A DNA stretch of 64,000 nt from Candidatus Oxydemutatoraceae bacterium (GTDB lineage: Bacteria; Pseudomonadota; Gammaproteobacteria; Poriferisulfidales; Oxydemutatoraceae). The notes beneath the pieces are model-generated. The model saw only the letters and a list, made by a program, of their open reading frames with translations. It was not told the origin of the DNA and searched no databases. Location: assembly GCA_965223735.1 (NCBI GenBank), contig OZ245010.1:146273-210272 (forward strand), written 5' to 3'. Positions 1 through 9,501 of this stretch are shown here, in pieces. The position numbers and the translations under genes were made by a program. Within the stretch, counting starts at the first letter, position 1. Each line of letters begins with the position of its first letter.

Positions 1-1
1 T

Positions 2-967
2 CCCTGCTACGTGCTGTATCTCGAGCTCGATCCCGCGCAAGTAGATGTGAACGTGCACCCGTCCAAACTCGAGGTACGTTTTCGCGACCAGCGCCTCGTG
101 CACGATTTTGTCCGGCACGCGGTGGGCGAGATGATCGCGGGTCTGTCGCCCGACACCGCGGTCAATCAGGCCGAGCATCACCGGCGCCTGGTGAACGAGA
201 ACCCACAGGCGGGGCGTCTCGACGATTGGGAGGGTTTTGTATCGGCGACCGCCGGCGCGTCGGTGCCCGACCGGAGAATGCGTGTCTCTGATCGGGGGCC
301 GGTGCCGTCCGATGCATCGATCGGCGCGTTGTCCGGGTCAACCGCGGCGGGTGCGCAGGCGCCGATCTCCGGGGACGTCGAGATGCCGCCGCTGGGGTAC
401 GCGATGTGCCAACTCCACGGCATTTACATCGTCGCGCAGAATCAGGAGGGCATGGTGCTGGTGGACATGCACGCGGCGCACGAGCGCATCACTTATGAAA
501 GGCTCAAGCGCGCATATCAAAATGAAGGCATTCGTTCTCAGCCGCTGTTGGTGCCGGTCAGTCTCGCGGTAGCTCCGGGTGAGGCCGACGTCTGCGAGCG
601 CCACGAAGAATACTTGGAAAAGGTCGGTTTCGAAGCAGACCGCCTCGGTGAAAGCACGCTGGCGTTGCGGCGTGTCCCGGCGATGCTGGCCGGCGCCGAT
701 GCCGAGGCTTTATTCCGCGACGTGCTGTCGGATCTTGTCGAGCACGGTTCGTCGGCCCGGGTCGAGCAGTACTTGAACGAAATGCTTTCGACGATGGCCT
801 GCCACGGTTCGGTGCGCGCCAACCGCCAACTGACGACGGACGAGATGAACGCGCTGTTGCGTGACATGGAAGTCACCGAGCGCAGCGGCCAGTGCAATCA
901 CGGACGCCCGACTTGGGTGCAGTTGGGCGTGGACCAGCTTGATAAATTGTTCCTGCGCGGGCAGTAG
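2..967 (+). CDS. mutL: DNA mismatch repair protein MutL, C-terminal part (5' end lies outside the window)
   Basis: The frame is open from the window edge. The translation reads [27 protein letters not shown], then a long linker and the C-terminal dimerisation region, with stop TAG at 965-967. It is followed by miaA and hfq, as in the classical mutL-miaA-hfq block. Confidence 0.9.
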   Translation, partial: PCYVLYLELDPAQVDVNVHPSKLEVRFRDQRLVHDFVRHAVGEMIAGLSPDTAVNQAEHHRRLVNENPQAGRLDDWEGFVSATAGASVPDRRMRVSDRGPVPSDASIGALSGSTAAGAQAPISGDVEMPPLGYAMCQLHGIYIVAQNQEGMVLVDMHAAHERITYERLKRAYQNEGIRSQPLLVPVSLAVAPGEADVCERHEEYLEKVGFEADRLGESTLALRRVPAMLAGADAEALFRDVLSDLVEHGSSARVEQYLNEMLSTMACHGSVRANRQLTTDEMNALLRDMEVTERSGQCNHGRPTWVQLGVDQLDKLFLRGQ

Positions 968-974
968 AGCATGG

Positions 975-1934
975 ATGTCTGAAACCGCACCGCGTTGCGC
1001 AGTCTTCCTGATGGGGCCGACCGGCAGCGGCAAGACCGATCTGTCCCTGTGCCTGTGCGAACTTCTGCCGTGCGAGATCATCAGCGTTGATTCGGCGCTG
1101 GTTTACAGGGGTATGGATATCGGCACCGCGAAGCCCGGCGTTGAAGCGCGCCGGGGCGTGCCGCACCACCTGATCGACATTCTCGACCCGTGCGAGATGT
1201 ATTCTGCGGCGGCGTTCAGGAGATCCGCGCTGGCTTTGATCGGAAAGATCCTGTCGGCGGGCAGGGTGCCGCTGCTGGTCGGCGGAACGATGTTTTACTT
1301 TCATGCGCTCGAACATGGCCTCGACCATATTCCCGACGTCGGCGACGAGGTGAAACGGGAATTGGACGAGGAGGCGCGCGCGGGGGGGCTTCCCGCGCTG
1401 TACGAGGAGTTGCGGCGGATAGACGCGGCGACGGCGCGGCGGCTGCACCCGAACGACTCGCAGCGAATCAGGCGCGCGCTCGAAGTGTATCGTGTCAGCG
1501 GTCGTGCGTTGAGTGAGTTTCAGTCGGGGCGCGGCGGGCGCAAGCTGCTGTTCCCGGTTTTGAAATTCGGGCTGAATTTCAGCGACAGGTCGCTTCTTCA
1601 CGCCGGGCTGCAACGTCGCTTTGACGGGATGCTTGCGGCCGGCCTGATCGACGAAGTCAGCCGTCTTATGTTGCGCGCGGACCTCAACCGCAACCTGCCT
1701 TCAATGCGCGCGGTGGGCTACAGCCAGGTGTGGTCGTATTTGTCGGGAGAATGCGGGCGTGAGGAGATGCGTGCGCAGGTGGTGAGTGCGACGCGCCAAT
1801 TGGCCAAGCGGCAGTTGACTTGGATGCGGAGCTTCGACGGCATCCGCTGGTGCGAAGTTGACCGCGGCGAACCGCGGGCGCTCGCGGCGGTGCTGAAGCG
1901 TGCGGTGATTGAATTTTCCGGGGCAATTACTTAA
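975..1934 (+). CDS. miaA: tRNA dimethylallyltransferase
   Basis: P-loop [13 protein letters not shown] lies near the N-terminus and the sequence is MiaA-like throughout. ATG 975 lies just after the mutL stop. The longer ORF call from 861 overlaps mutL and is unlikely. Confidence 0.9.
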   Translation: MSETAPRCAVFLMGPTGSGKTDLSLCLCELLPCEIISVDSALVYRGMDIGTAKPGVEARRGVPHHLIDILDPCEMYSAAAFRRSALALIGKILSAGRVPLLVGGTMFYFHALEHGLDHIPDVGDEVKRELDEEARAGGLPALYEELRRIDAATARRLHPNDSQRIRRALEVYRVSGRALSEFQSGRGGRKLLFPVLKFGLNFSDRSLLHAGLQRRFDGMLAAGLIDEVSRLMLRADLNRNLPSMRAVGYSQVWSYLSGECGREEMRAQVVSATRQLAKRQLTWMRSFDGIRWCEVDRGEPRALAAVLKRAVIEFSGAIT

Positions 1935-1972
1935 AGTGGAACGATTATTGTCACTACCATTTGGGAGAATAC

Positions 1973-2236
1973 ATGGCCAAGGAACAAGTGCTTCAAGACG
2001 TGTTTCTTAATGCGCTTTGTAAGAACCGGGAGATGGTGAACGTCTATCTCATGAACGGGAGCAGACTGCAAGGAAAGGTGGAGGCCTTTGACCGGTTCGT
2101 CGTCATGGTCAGGATCTCTTCCGTAACGCGCATGATCTATAAGCACGCCATTTCAACGATCGCGCCCCTGCGCGCGATGAGTCTGCCGTTCGGAGACGAT
2201 AAAACGCCGGGCAAGGACCGGCAGGCTTCGTCTTAG
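1973..2236 (+). CDS. hfq: RNA chaperone Hfq
   Basis: Sm1-like [23 protein letters not shown] and Sm2 motif YKHAISTI are present. A GGGAGA RBS (1963-1968) precedes ATG 1973. Confidence 0.9.
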   Translation: MAKEQVLQDVFLNALCKNREMVNVYLMNGSRLQGKVEAFDRFVVMVRISSVTRMIYKHAISTIAPLRAMSLPFGDDKTPGKDRQASS

Positions 2237-2241
2237 CGGCG

Positions 2242-3015
2242 GTGATACAGGCGATCCCGGTTCCGGCGTTCAGAGACAACTACTTGTGGTTGCTCACGCG
2301 CGCGGAATCCAAGGCGGCGGCGGTCGTGGACCCCGGAGACGCGGCGCCGGTGCTCGTTGCGCTGGCGGCGGCGGACGCGGCGCTTGAGGCGATCATCATT
2401 ACCCACCATCACGCCGACCATATCGGCGGCGTCAGCGAACTGCTCGGGCGGTTTCCCGGCGCCGAGGTTTATGCGCCGGACGACGACCGCATTGCGGGTG
2501 CGACGCGGACGGTCGGCGAAGGCGACCGTGTGTACGTCGCGTGTCTCGATTGCGACTTTGAAGTGCTGGAAGTTCCCGGACACACTTCAACACATATTGC
2601 GTATTACGGCGACGGCAAACTCTTTTGCGGCGACACGGTGTTTGCCTGCGGCTGCGGACGCCTGTTTGAAGGTACGTCCGAACAGATGCACAACTCGCTG
2701 AGCAAGGTCATGGGCCTGCCGGATGACACCGGGATCTACTGCGCGCACGAATACACTCTGAGCAACATCGCGTTTGCAAAACGGGTTGAGCCCGACAACC
2801 CGGCGCTTCTGGAAAGAGAGCGCGATGCACGGCGTCTGCGCGACGGGGGGCATCCGACCGTGCCGTCGCTGCTGGCGTTGGAGAAGCGCACCAACCCCTT
2901 TATGCGGTTTGACGTTCCCGCCGTGATCGCCGCCGCCGAGCGCCATGCGGGACACCCGCTGGACGGTGCCGCTGCGGTATTCGGCGCCGTCAGGCGCTGG
3001 AAAGATCAGGTGTAG
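2242..3015 (+). CDS. gloB: Hydroxyacylglutathione hydrolase (glyoxalase II, metallo-beta-lactamase fold)
   Basis: N-terminus reads IPAFRDNYLWLL. Metal motif THHHADHIGG is present, and the C-terminal region NPFMR is typical of GloB. Start codon is GTG. Confidence 0.85.
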   Translation: MIQAIPVPAFRDNYLWLLTRAESKAAAVVDPGDAAPVLVALAAADAALEAIIITHHHADHIGGVSELLGRFPGAEVYAPDDDRIAGATRTVGEGDRVYVACLDCDFEVLEVPGHTSTHIAYYGDGKLFCGDTVFACGCGRLFEGTSEQMHNSLSKVMGLPDDTGIYCAHEYTLSNIAFAKRVEPDNPALLERERDARRLRDGGHPTVPSLLALEKRTNPFMRFDVPAVIAAAERHAGHPLDGAAAVFGAVRRWKDQV

Positions 3016-3026
3016 GCGGATGACTG

Positions 3027-3052
3027 GCCGCCCGCTCCGGCGGTTTATTTTT
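3027..3052. terminator. Possible bidirectional rho-independent terminator between convergent gloB and glnS
   Basis: A short GC stem (GCCGCC / GGCGG(T)) around a 6-nt loop is followed by TTTATTTTT. The T-run overlaps the last codons of glnS on the other strand. The stem is weak. Confidence 0.35.
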
Positions 3053-4700
3053 GGGAAAGCCTGGCCCAGGTGTCGCGCAACGTGATCGTGCGGTTGAACG
3101 TCGGCCCGTTGCTTTTGTCGTCAACGCAGAAATAACCGAGGCGTTCAAACTGCCAGCGCCTGCCGGGCGTCGCCCGGGCCAGTGAAGGTTCGACGCGGCA
3201 GTCCGTGAGTGTTATCAGCGACGCCGGATTGAGATGTGCAAGCACGTCGTCGGCCGAGGGAATTTTGGTGTTGAACAGCCGGTCGTACAAATGCATTTCG
3301 GCTTTGCCGGCGTGGGCGGCGGACAGCCAGTGGATGGTGCCTCTGACCTTGCGTCCGTCGAGCGTGTTGCCGCCGCGCGTTTGCGGATCATAGGTGCACA
3401 GCAGCCTGACGACGTTGCCCCGTGCGTCTTTTTCAACCTCGCGGCAGGTGATGCAGTAGGCGTAACGCAGGCGCACTTCGCGTCCGGGGGCGAGGCGGAA
3501 GAATTTTTTCGTCGGCGTTTCCATGAAATCGTCGCGTTCAATGTAGATCACGCGCGAGAAAGGCAGTTTTCTTGTGCCCATCGATGGGTTGTCGGGGTGG
3601 TTGGGCGCTTCGAGTTCCTCGTCCGAGTCCTCGGGGTAATTTTCTATGACGAGTTCAAGCGGCTTGAGTACCGCCAGTGCACGCGGTGCGTGTCTGTTCA
3701 GGTAGTCGCGCACGCAGGTCTCCAGCAGATCCATTTCAATCCAGCTGTCTTTTTTAGTCAGGCCGATGCGTTCGCAGAAATCGCGGATCGCGGCCGCCGG
3801 GATGCCGCGTCGGCGCAGGCCCGAGATCGTCGGCATTCTCGGGTCGTCCCAGCCGTCCACGATGCCCGCGTCGGTCAGTTTTTTGAGGTTGCGCTTGCTG
3901 GTGATCGTATGCTTGAGTTGCAGGCGGGCGAACTCGATCTGCTGGGGGTGATGGATTTTCAACTGCTCGAGGATCCAGTCGTACAGGGGGCGGTGGTCCT
4001 CAAACTCCAGCGTGCACAGGGAATGCGTGACCCCTTCAATCGAATCCGAAAGGCACTGCGTGAAGTCGTAAGTCGGGTAGATGCGCCACTCGTCGCCGGT
4101 GCGGTGGTGTGTTATGTGGCGGATGCGGTAGATCACGGGGTCGTGCATGTTGATGTTCGGAGACGCCATATCTATCTTTGCGCGCAGTACGTGTTCACCT
4201 TCCTTATATTTGCCTGCGCGCATTTGTGAGAACAATTCCAGGTTTTCCTGTACGCCGCGTTCGCGGTACGGCGAGTTGACGCCGGGTTCGGTGAGTGTTC
4301 CGCGCTGCTCGCGGATCTGGTCGGGAGACAGGCTGCAAACGTAGGCTTTTTCCAGCTTGATCAGTTCGGTCGCATAGTTGTACAGACGCTCAAAATAATC
4401 CGAGGCGTAGCACAGTCGGTCCCATTCAAAACCGAGCCACGCGACGTCGCGCTTGATCGCCTCGATATACTCGGTGTTTTCTTTCTCGGGGTTGGTGTCG
4501 TCAAAACGCAGGTTGCATCTGCCCCTGAAGTCCCGCGCCAGACCGAAATTCAGGCACACCGCCTTGGCGTGCCCGACATGCAGGTAGCCGTTGGGTTCAG
4601 GCGGGAAGCGGGTCTGGAGTTTTCCGCCGTGTTTCCCTGCTGAGATGTCATCTTCGATGACCTGGCGGATGAAATTGGTCGGTGTCGGCTCGTTGCTCAT
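3045..4700 (-). CDS. glnS: Glutaminyl-tRNA synthetase
   Basis: 551 aa. The class I HIGH region reads [14 protein letters not shown]. The sequence is GlnRS-like throughout ([18 protein letters not shown]), with a KMSKS-like TSKR segment. Confidence 0.95.
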   Translation of the reverse strand: MSNEPTPTNFIRQVIEDDISAGKHGGKLQTRFPPEPNGYLHVGHAKAVCLNFGLARDFRGRCNLRFDDTNPEKENTEYIEAIKRDVAWLGFEWDRLCYASDYFERLYNYATELIKLEKAYVCSLSPDQIREQRGTLTEPGVNSPYRERGVQENLELFSQMRAGKYKEGEHVLRAKIDMASPNINMHDPVIYRIRHITHHRTGDEWRIYPTYDFTQCLSDSIEGVTHSLCTLEFEDHRPLYDWILEQLKIHHPQQIEFARLQLKHTITSKRNLKKLTDAGIVDGWDDPRMPTISGLRRRGIPAAAIRDFCERIGLTKKDSWIEMDLLETCVRDYLNRHAPRALAVLKPLELVIENYPEDSDEELEAPNHPDNPSMGTRKLPFSRVIYIERDDFMETPTKKFFRLAPGREVRLRYAYCITCREVEKDARGNVVRLLCTYDPQTRGGNTLDGRKVRGTIHWLSAAHAGKAEMHLYDRLFNTKIPSADDVLAHLNPASLITLTDCRVEPSLARATPGRRWQFERLGYFCVDDKSNGPTFNRTITLRDTWARLSQK

Positions 4701-4747
4701 GGGCGCGTTGGCTTTAAGGGCACTTTTGAAGGTGTTATCTTACAGCA

Positions 4748-5590
4748 ATGCGACGCAAAAACAGCACGACGGACACGACGGGCCATCCCGATTTTCCGGT
4801 GCTCGACGGGGACGCGATCAGGCGTGCGTTCACCGACGGCGTCGCACATCGTATTGCGTCACTCGAGATCGTCGAGCAGGTCGGCTCGACCAACGACCGT
4901 CTTTTGTATGAGGTCGATGCGTCCGCTTCCGGGTTCTGTGTGTGCCTTGCCGAGTCCCAGACCGCAGGCAGGGGGCGGCGCGGGCGCAAGGTCTGGTATT
5001 CGCCGAAGAACGGAAACCTCTACCTGTCGGTGCTGCGCCGCAGCCCCACGGCAACGCCGCGACCGTCGGCCTGGCTTGCGCTGACGGCTGCAGTTGAAGT
5101 CACCTCTGCGCTTGCCGCCGATCAGGGTGTCGGCGGTCTCGGCGTCAAATGGCCGAATGATATTTACTGCAACGGCCGCAAGTTGGGCGGCGTACTCGTC
5201 GAGTCAAAAGGCGACCGCTGCGTCGTTGGCTTGGGCCTGAATGTGTGTCTGCCCGCAGACGGCGGGTCTGCGTCGGAGATTGCATGGACGGCGCTCGACG
5301 AAATCCGCCCGTGCGGACTTGACCGTCAGCAATTGGTCGCTTCGATGATCGTCGCCATCGTGCGTGCCTTTGACCGGGTGGAACACGACTGCGCCGCGAC
5401 GCTGATCGAGAACTGGCGGCGGCATGACCTGCTCGCGGGGCGGGAAGTGGCCGTGCTCGCCGGGGGAAAGGCGCTGGCGGGTATCGCGCGCGGCGTCGAT
5501 GAGCACGGCGGACTGCGTGTCGAGCATAAGAATTGCGGCGGAGACGGGCTGCGTGTGTACTATGCGAACGACGTCAGCCTGCGACAGTGA
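4748..5590 (+). CDS. birA: Biotin-[acetyl-CoA-carboxylase] ligase (no obvious N-terminal HTH domain, so probably class I)
   Basis: Contains the BirA signature GRGRRGRKW and the KWPNDI motif. At 280 aa it is shorter than the bifunctional E. coli-type BirA. Confidence 0.85.
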   Translation: MRRKNSTTDTTGHPDFPVLDGDAIRRAFTDGVAHRIASLEIVEQVGSTNDRLLYEVDASASGFCVCLAESQTAGRGRRGRKVWYSPKNGNLYLSVLRRSPTATPRPSAWLALTAAVEVTSALAADQGVGGLGVKWPNDIYCNGRKLGGVLVESKGDRCVVGLGLNVCLPADGGSASEIAWTALDEIRPCGLDRQQLVASMIVAIVRAFDRVEHDCAATLIENWRRHDLLAGREVAVLAGGKALAGIARGVDEHGGLRVEHKNCGGDGLRVYYANDVSLRQ

Positions 5591-6357
5591 AACTACTGCT
5601 TGACGTCGGCAACAGCCGCTGCAAATGCGCCGTTTATAGCAACGGCGATCTGCATCATTATCCGCCGGTGGTGGTCAACGCGGATGACTCCGGTGCGTGC
5701 GTGCCCGGGCAGATGGTTGAGCAGGCGGGCGATGCAGTGACCGCGATTGCGGTGGCGAGCGTGCGCGCCGACGAGTTCAACCGCCGCTTGTGCGATGCGT
5801 TGTCCGAACGCTTCAATGTTCAGCCGGTGCCGGCCGTAACCGGGCGCGCCGCCTGCGGTGTGACGACCGCCTACCGCAACGCCGCGAGCCTCGGGGTTGA
5901 CCGCTTTCTCGCGCTGGTCGGCGCATGGCGCAGGGTCGGCGGCGCCTGCGTGGTCGCCGATTGCGGAACGGCGGCGACAATAGACGCGATCAACGACAAC
6001 GGCGTTCACCAGGGCGGGCTGATCATGCCCGGCCTGTGCCTGTTGCGGGACAGTCTGTCCGGAAGTGCCGATCGCCTGCCGGTGCCCGGCGACGCCGGCG
6101 ATCAAGCGGCTGTCGCTTTGTTCGCGCGCGACACCGGCGACGCGATCGCGAGCGGTTGCCGCAGGATGTTCACCGGTGCGGTGATCACCGCGATGCGTGA
6201 GATGCAGGCGCAACTCTCAGGCGGCGCGGCGTTGCTTGCAACGGGTGGCGACGGTGAAGCGTTGCTTGAAGTGGGGGGCGCCGCCGTTCGGTATTACCCC
6301 CACCTTGTGATCGAGGGGCTCGCCGCTTTTTCTGAGCGTGGCACCGATTGCGGCTGA
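5587..6357 (+). CDS. coaX: Type III pantothenate kinase
   Basis: GTG 5587 overlaps the birA stop (GTGA). The N-terminus VKLLLDVGNSRCK is typical of CoaX (DxGNT/S). The gene sits directly after birA. The longer ORF call from 5533 overlaps birA. Confidence 0.8.
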   Translation: MKLLLDVGNSRCKCAVYSNGDLHHYPPVVVNADDSGACVPGQMVEQAGDAVTAIAVASVRADEFNRRLCDALSERFNVQPVPAVTGRAACGVTTAYRNAASLGVDRFLALVGAWRRVGGACVVADCGTAATIDAINDNGVHQGGLIMPGLCLLRDSLSGSADRLPVPGDAGDQAAVALFARDTGDAIASGCRRMFTGAVITAMREMQAQLSGGAALLATGGDGEALLEVGGAAVRYYPHLVIEGLAAFSERGTDCG

Positions 6358-6410
6358 CGGTGCGTTTCTTTAATATGGCTTCTGATATGACCGCGACCGT
6401 GACAGTGTAT

Positions 6411-6482
6411 GCCGGGGTAGCACAATGGTAGTGCAGCGCATTTGTAATGCGAAGGTTGGGGGTTCAAGTCCTCTCTCCGGCA
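6411..6482 (+). tRNA. tRNA-Thr (anticodon UGU)
   Basis: Hand-folded cloverleaf. Acceptor stem is GCCGGGG/CTCCGGC, D arm GCAC-AATGGTA-GTGC, and anticodon stem-loop GCGCA-TTTGTAA-TGCGA. T arm is GGGGG-TTCAAGT-CCTCT and the discriminator is A. The 3' flank reads CCG, so CCA is not fully encoded. Confidence 0.85.
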
Positions 6483-6552
6483 CCGTTCTCCAGCGGTCGT
6501 TGCGGCTGTGACGGCGTGCGGATCTTTTGAAGCGAAGAGAACGGATCCGGTG

Positions 6553-7083
6553 ATGACCCGCGATATAGCCACAACGCAATGCGACACGACGACGCGGTTT
6601 GTCATGGCCTCTCCGCTCGGCGACCTCGAGATCACATTGTGCGACGACGCGCTGGCGGACATTCGTTATCTTCACTCGCGGCTCCGGGGGCGGAAGGGTC
6701 CGGCGGTGCAGCGCAGTCGATCGGCGCGGCGCACGGCGCGCGATGTTGAATACCAGCTCCGCCGTTATTTCGACGACCCGTATTGGCGCTTTGACCTGAA
6801 ACTCATGCCTTGCGGCACGCCGTACCAGCAGCGCGTCTGGAAATATCTGGCGCGCATTCCGGCGGGGCGGCCGATGACCTACGGCGAGGTCGCCGCGCGC
6901 CTCGGTTCTGGGCCGCGCGCGGTCGGCGGCGCCTGCCGCAGCAATCCGGTTCCGATCGTGATTCCCTGCCATCGCGTGATCGCCGCAAGTGCGGTCGGCG
7001 GCTACTGTGGCAATATGCGGGGCAGGATGCTGCACGCCAAACGCTGGCTTTTGCGGCACGAGCATTCACACAAAGAGGAATAA
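6553..7083 (+). CDS. ogt: Methylated-DNA-protein-cysteine methyltransferase
   Basis: Active-site motif IPCHRV is preceded by YGEVAARLG...RAVGGACRSNP. The start is uncertain (GTG 6508 or ATG 6553). Confidence 0.85.
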   Translation: MTRDIATTQCDTTTRFVMASPLGDLEITLCDDALADIRYLHSRLRGRKGPAVQRSRSARRTARDVEYQLRRYFDDPYWRFDLKLMPCGTPYQQRVWKYLARIPAGRPMTYGEVAARLGSGPRAVGGACRSNPVPIVIPCHRVIAASAVGGYCGNMRGRMLHAKRWLLRHEHSHKEE

Positions 7084-7086
7084 ACA

Positions 7087-7290
7087 ATGAGCGAAGAGAC
7101 ACGGCAGGACATTCGCACCTTGCTGAAGCGTTTCGGGATCAAGGCCGACGAGGGCATCACCGCACACCTCGAGAAAACCGGGGCGGGGCCCGATCTCAGG
7201 TTGCGCCTGACGCTTGAAGAGGTCGGTGATCACGGCGTGGATGCAGCGGCGTTGCCGACGCTGACGCTTGAAGGCATGGTCAGGCGCTGA
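7087..7290 (+). CDS. Small hypothetical protein (67 aa)
   Basis: AGAGGA RBS lies upstream of ATG 7087, 3 nt after the ogt stop. The sequence is plausible and hydrophilic. I recognise no motif. Confidence 0.45.
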   Translation: MSEETRQDIRTLLKRFGIKADEGITAHLEKTGAGPDLRLRLTLEEVGDHGVDAAALPTLTLEGMVRR

Positions 7291-7474
7291 CCATCTGCCC
7301 AGCAGGGTGGCGCAAGCCTGTCCGCCGGAGCGGCCGGCCGTTGCGGCGGGCGTCGGCCGCCCAGGGGAATGTGCGGGCATTCGCGTCAGGGCGGATCAAT
7401 GCGGAAAAACCGCCGCGTATCACTGATGGGGGGTGTGGCTTGTCATCAAAGTGATATGAAAGGCAAGGATTTTT

Positions 7475-7531
7475 ACAGAAGATAGCGTAAAATAAGCGAA
7501 GATAACAGAAGATAAAAGAATATAACAGAAG
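7475..7531 (+). promoter_or_regulatory. Purine-rich, AT-rich phased repeat array upstream of the SBP56 gene
   Basis: ACAGAAG occurs at 7475, 7505 and 7525. GAAGATA occurs at 7478, 7498 and 7508. All spacings are multiples of 10 bp. The array lies about 180-240 bp upstream of ATG 7713. Confidence 0.3.
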
Positions 7532-7712
7532 TTTCAGGGTTCCCAAGTTTTGGGTGCCAGCGCGTGGCGGCGCCTGTTCAGCCTATTTTCTAGTTTTGTC
7601 CTGGACAACCCCGTCTTTTGAGTAGGTGATTGTGTGTAAAATCGCCCGCTCCACTTTTCACGAATTTGCGTACAGCAAAACCAACTGAAATTTGCGCTGA
7701 AGGAGCACAGTG

Positions 7713-9095
7713 ATGAAATTATCTGAACTTATTTCCCGTGTCGGCATCATGCTGTCGGCTGTGGCTTTCACGCTCGCGGCGTCAACGGTTCGGGCTGACG
7801 AGACTTGTATGTCGCCGTACATGGCGAAGATCGTCGGTCAGGAAGACTACGTTTATGTCTGGACGCTGGGTGTTGAAGGTCTCGGCGACGCGCAGGATAA
7901 ATTGGTGACGATTGACGTCAATCCGAATTCCGAAACCTACAGCAAGATCGTTTCGAGTTTATCGGTCGGCGGGCGCAATGAGGCCCACCATTCCGGTTTG
8001 ACCGACGATCGCCATTACCTGTGGGCGGGCGGTCTCGACAGCAGCCATATCTTTGTCTTTGACGTTCACTCGAATCCGCGTGAACCGAAACTGCACAGGA
8101 CCATCAAGAACTTTGTGAAAAAGACCGGCGGTCTGGTCGGCCCGCATACATTCTACGCCATGCCCGGCAGGGTCATGATCAGCGCCCTGTCGAATAACAA
8201 GGACCACGGCGGCCGCACCGGTCTCGCCGAGTACACCAACGACGGGCAGTACATTGCAACGCACTGGATGCCGACCGACAGCGCGTTGCACGGCGCGGTC
8301 AAAAGCGGTAAACACGCCGACGGTTACGGCTACGACGTGCGCGCACTGCCGCGGCGAAACCTGATGCTGACCTCGTCTTTCACCGGCTGGTCGAATTACA
8401 TGATGGATCTGGGGCAGATGATTCAGGATCAGGAGGCGATGAAGCGTTTCGGCAACACGATGGTGGTGTGGGATCTGCACACGCGTAAGCCCAGGAAAGT
8501 GCTCGACGTGCCCGGTGCGCCGCTTGAGATCCGTTGCGCTTGGAACGCACGCCACGATTACTGCTTCACGACCACCGCGCTGACCTCGGAGTTGTGGGTG
8601 GTTTACGCGGACGAAAACGGCGAGTGGCAGGCGAAGAAGAGTGCCGACATCGCCCGCAACGAAGGTGATCCTGAGATCCCGTTGCCGGTGGACATCTCGA
8701 TCACCTCCGACGACAGGGGGCTGTGGATCCAGACCTGGTTCGACGGCAAGACTCGTCTCTTTGACATCACCGATCCGTTCAACGCGAAACAAGTGCACGA
8801 GCATAAGATCGGAGAGCAGGTCAATATGATCTCGCAGAGTTGGGACGGCAAGCGGCTTTATTTCTCTTCGTCGCTGCTCGGCAACTGGGACAGGAAAGAA
8901 GGCAAGGACGATCTTCAGTACGTCAAGCTGTACCACTGGGACGAAGAAAAGAAAAAGATGTCGCTCCAGTTCAAGATCGACTTCCTGAAGGAGAAACTCG
9001 GGCTTCCGCATCAGATGCGTTTCGGCGCGTATTCGTTGTACAGCGAAGCGCCTGTGCCTGGGCCGGAAGTGAAAGTGACGCAACTCACTGACTGA
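7713..9095 (+). CDS. Secreted selenium-binding protein family (SBP56 / methanethiol oxidase-like) protein
   Basis: AGGAG RBS (7701-7705) precedes ATG 7713. A Sec-type signal peptide ends in TVRA|DE. Blocks resemble SELENBP1/MtoX: LVTIDVNPNS...EAHHSG, GLDSSHIFVFD, PLEIRCAW, SWDGKRLYFSSSL and LPHQMRFG. Confidence 0.85.
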   Translation: MKLSELISRVGIMLSAVAFTLAASTVRADETCMSPYMAKIVGQEDYVYVWTLGVEGLGDAQDKLVTIDVNPNSETYSKIVSSLSVGGRNEAHHSGLTDDRHYLWAGGLDSSHIFVFDVHSNPREPKLHRTIKNFVKKTGGLVGPHTFYAMPGRVMISALSNNKDHGGRTGLAEYTNDGQYIATHWMPTDSALHGAVKSGKHADGYGYDVRALPRRNLMLTSSFTGWSNYMMDLGQMIQDQEAMKRFGNTMVVWDLHTRKPRKVLDVPGAPLEIRCAWNARHDYCFTTTALTSELWVVYADENGEWQAKKSADIARNEGDPEIPLPVDISITSDDRGLWIQTWFDGKTRLFDITDPFNAKQVHEHKIGEQVNMISQSWDGKRLYFSSSLLGNWDRKEGKDDLQYVKLYHWDEEKKKMSLQFKIDFLKEKLGLPHQMRFGAYSLYSEAPVPGPEVKVTQLTD

Positions 9096-9146
9096 GCGCG
9101 TGCCGGCTGAGCCCGGCGGCGTATAGCAGACCTTATTTCCACTTGC

Positions 9147-9178
9147 AAGGCCGCTTCCTCCGGGAAGCGGCCTTTTTC
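9147..9178 (+). terminator. Rho-independent terminator of the SBP56 gene
   Basis: A perfect 12-bp stem, AAGGCCGCTTCC (9147-9158) pairing with GGAAGCGGCCTT (9163-9174), encloses a TCCG loop and is followed by TTTC. Confidence 0.7.
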
Positions 9179-9501
9179 ATGCCCGGGATATTCCGTCAGG
9201 TTTTGCGGCCAGCCATTGCCGGCGCGCCGACTGCCTTGATCCCCGTCGTTATTTCATAAGGCTCTGCGGCGGTTGAGGCGGCGGAGCCGCGCCTGTGCAT
9301 TGCCCGGCCTGGATCGTCGATTTCATAAGAGCCTGTAACAGCTGGCGGGCGCGAACCCCTTGGCGTGGTGCGCAAAAAACGCGTTATCGGCCCGCCGCTA
9401 CCGTTTATCGCGTCTTGGTTCCGGTGCGGCGATGTGCGCTTTACATTGCGCGCATGAGAATTTTGGCCCTACAGACGCGAGTCAGTCCAACGTCGCCTGC
9501 C

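Noticed and set aside
7540-7575. Possible sigma-54 promoter (CTGGCACC on the minus strand near 7553-7560)
   Set aside because: The downstream element does not match TTGC at the required spacing, and the orientation points away from the SBP56 gene.
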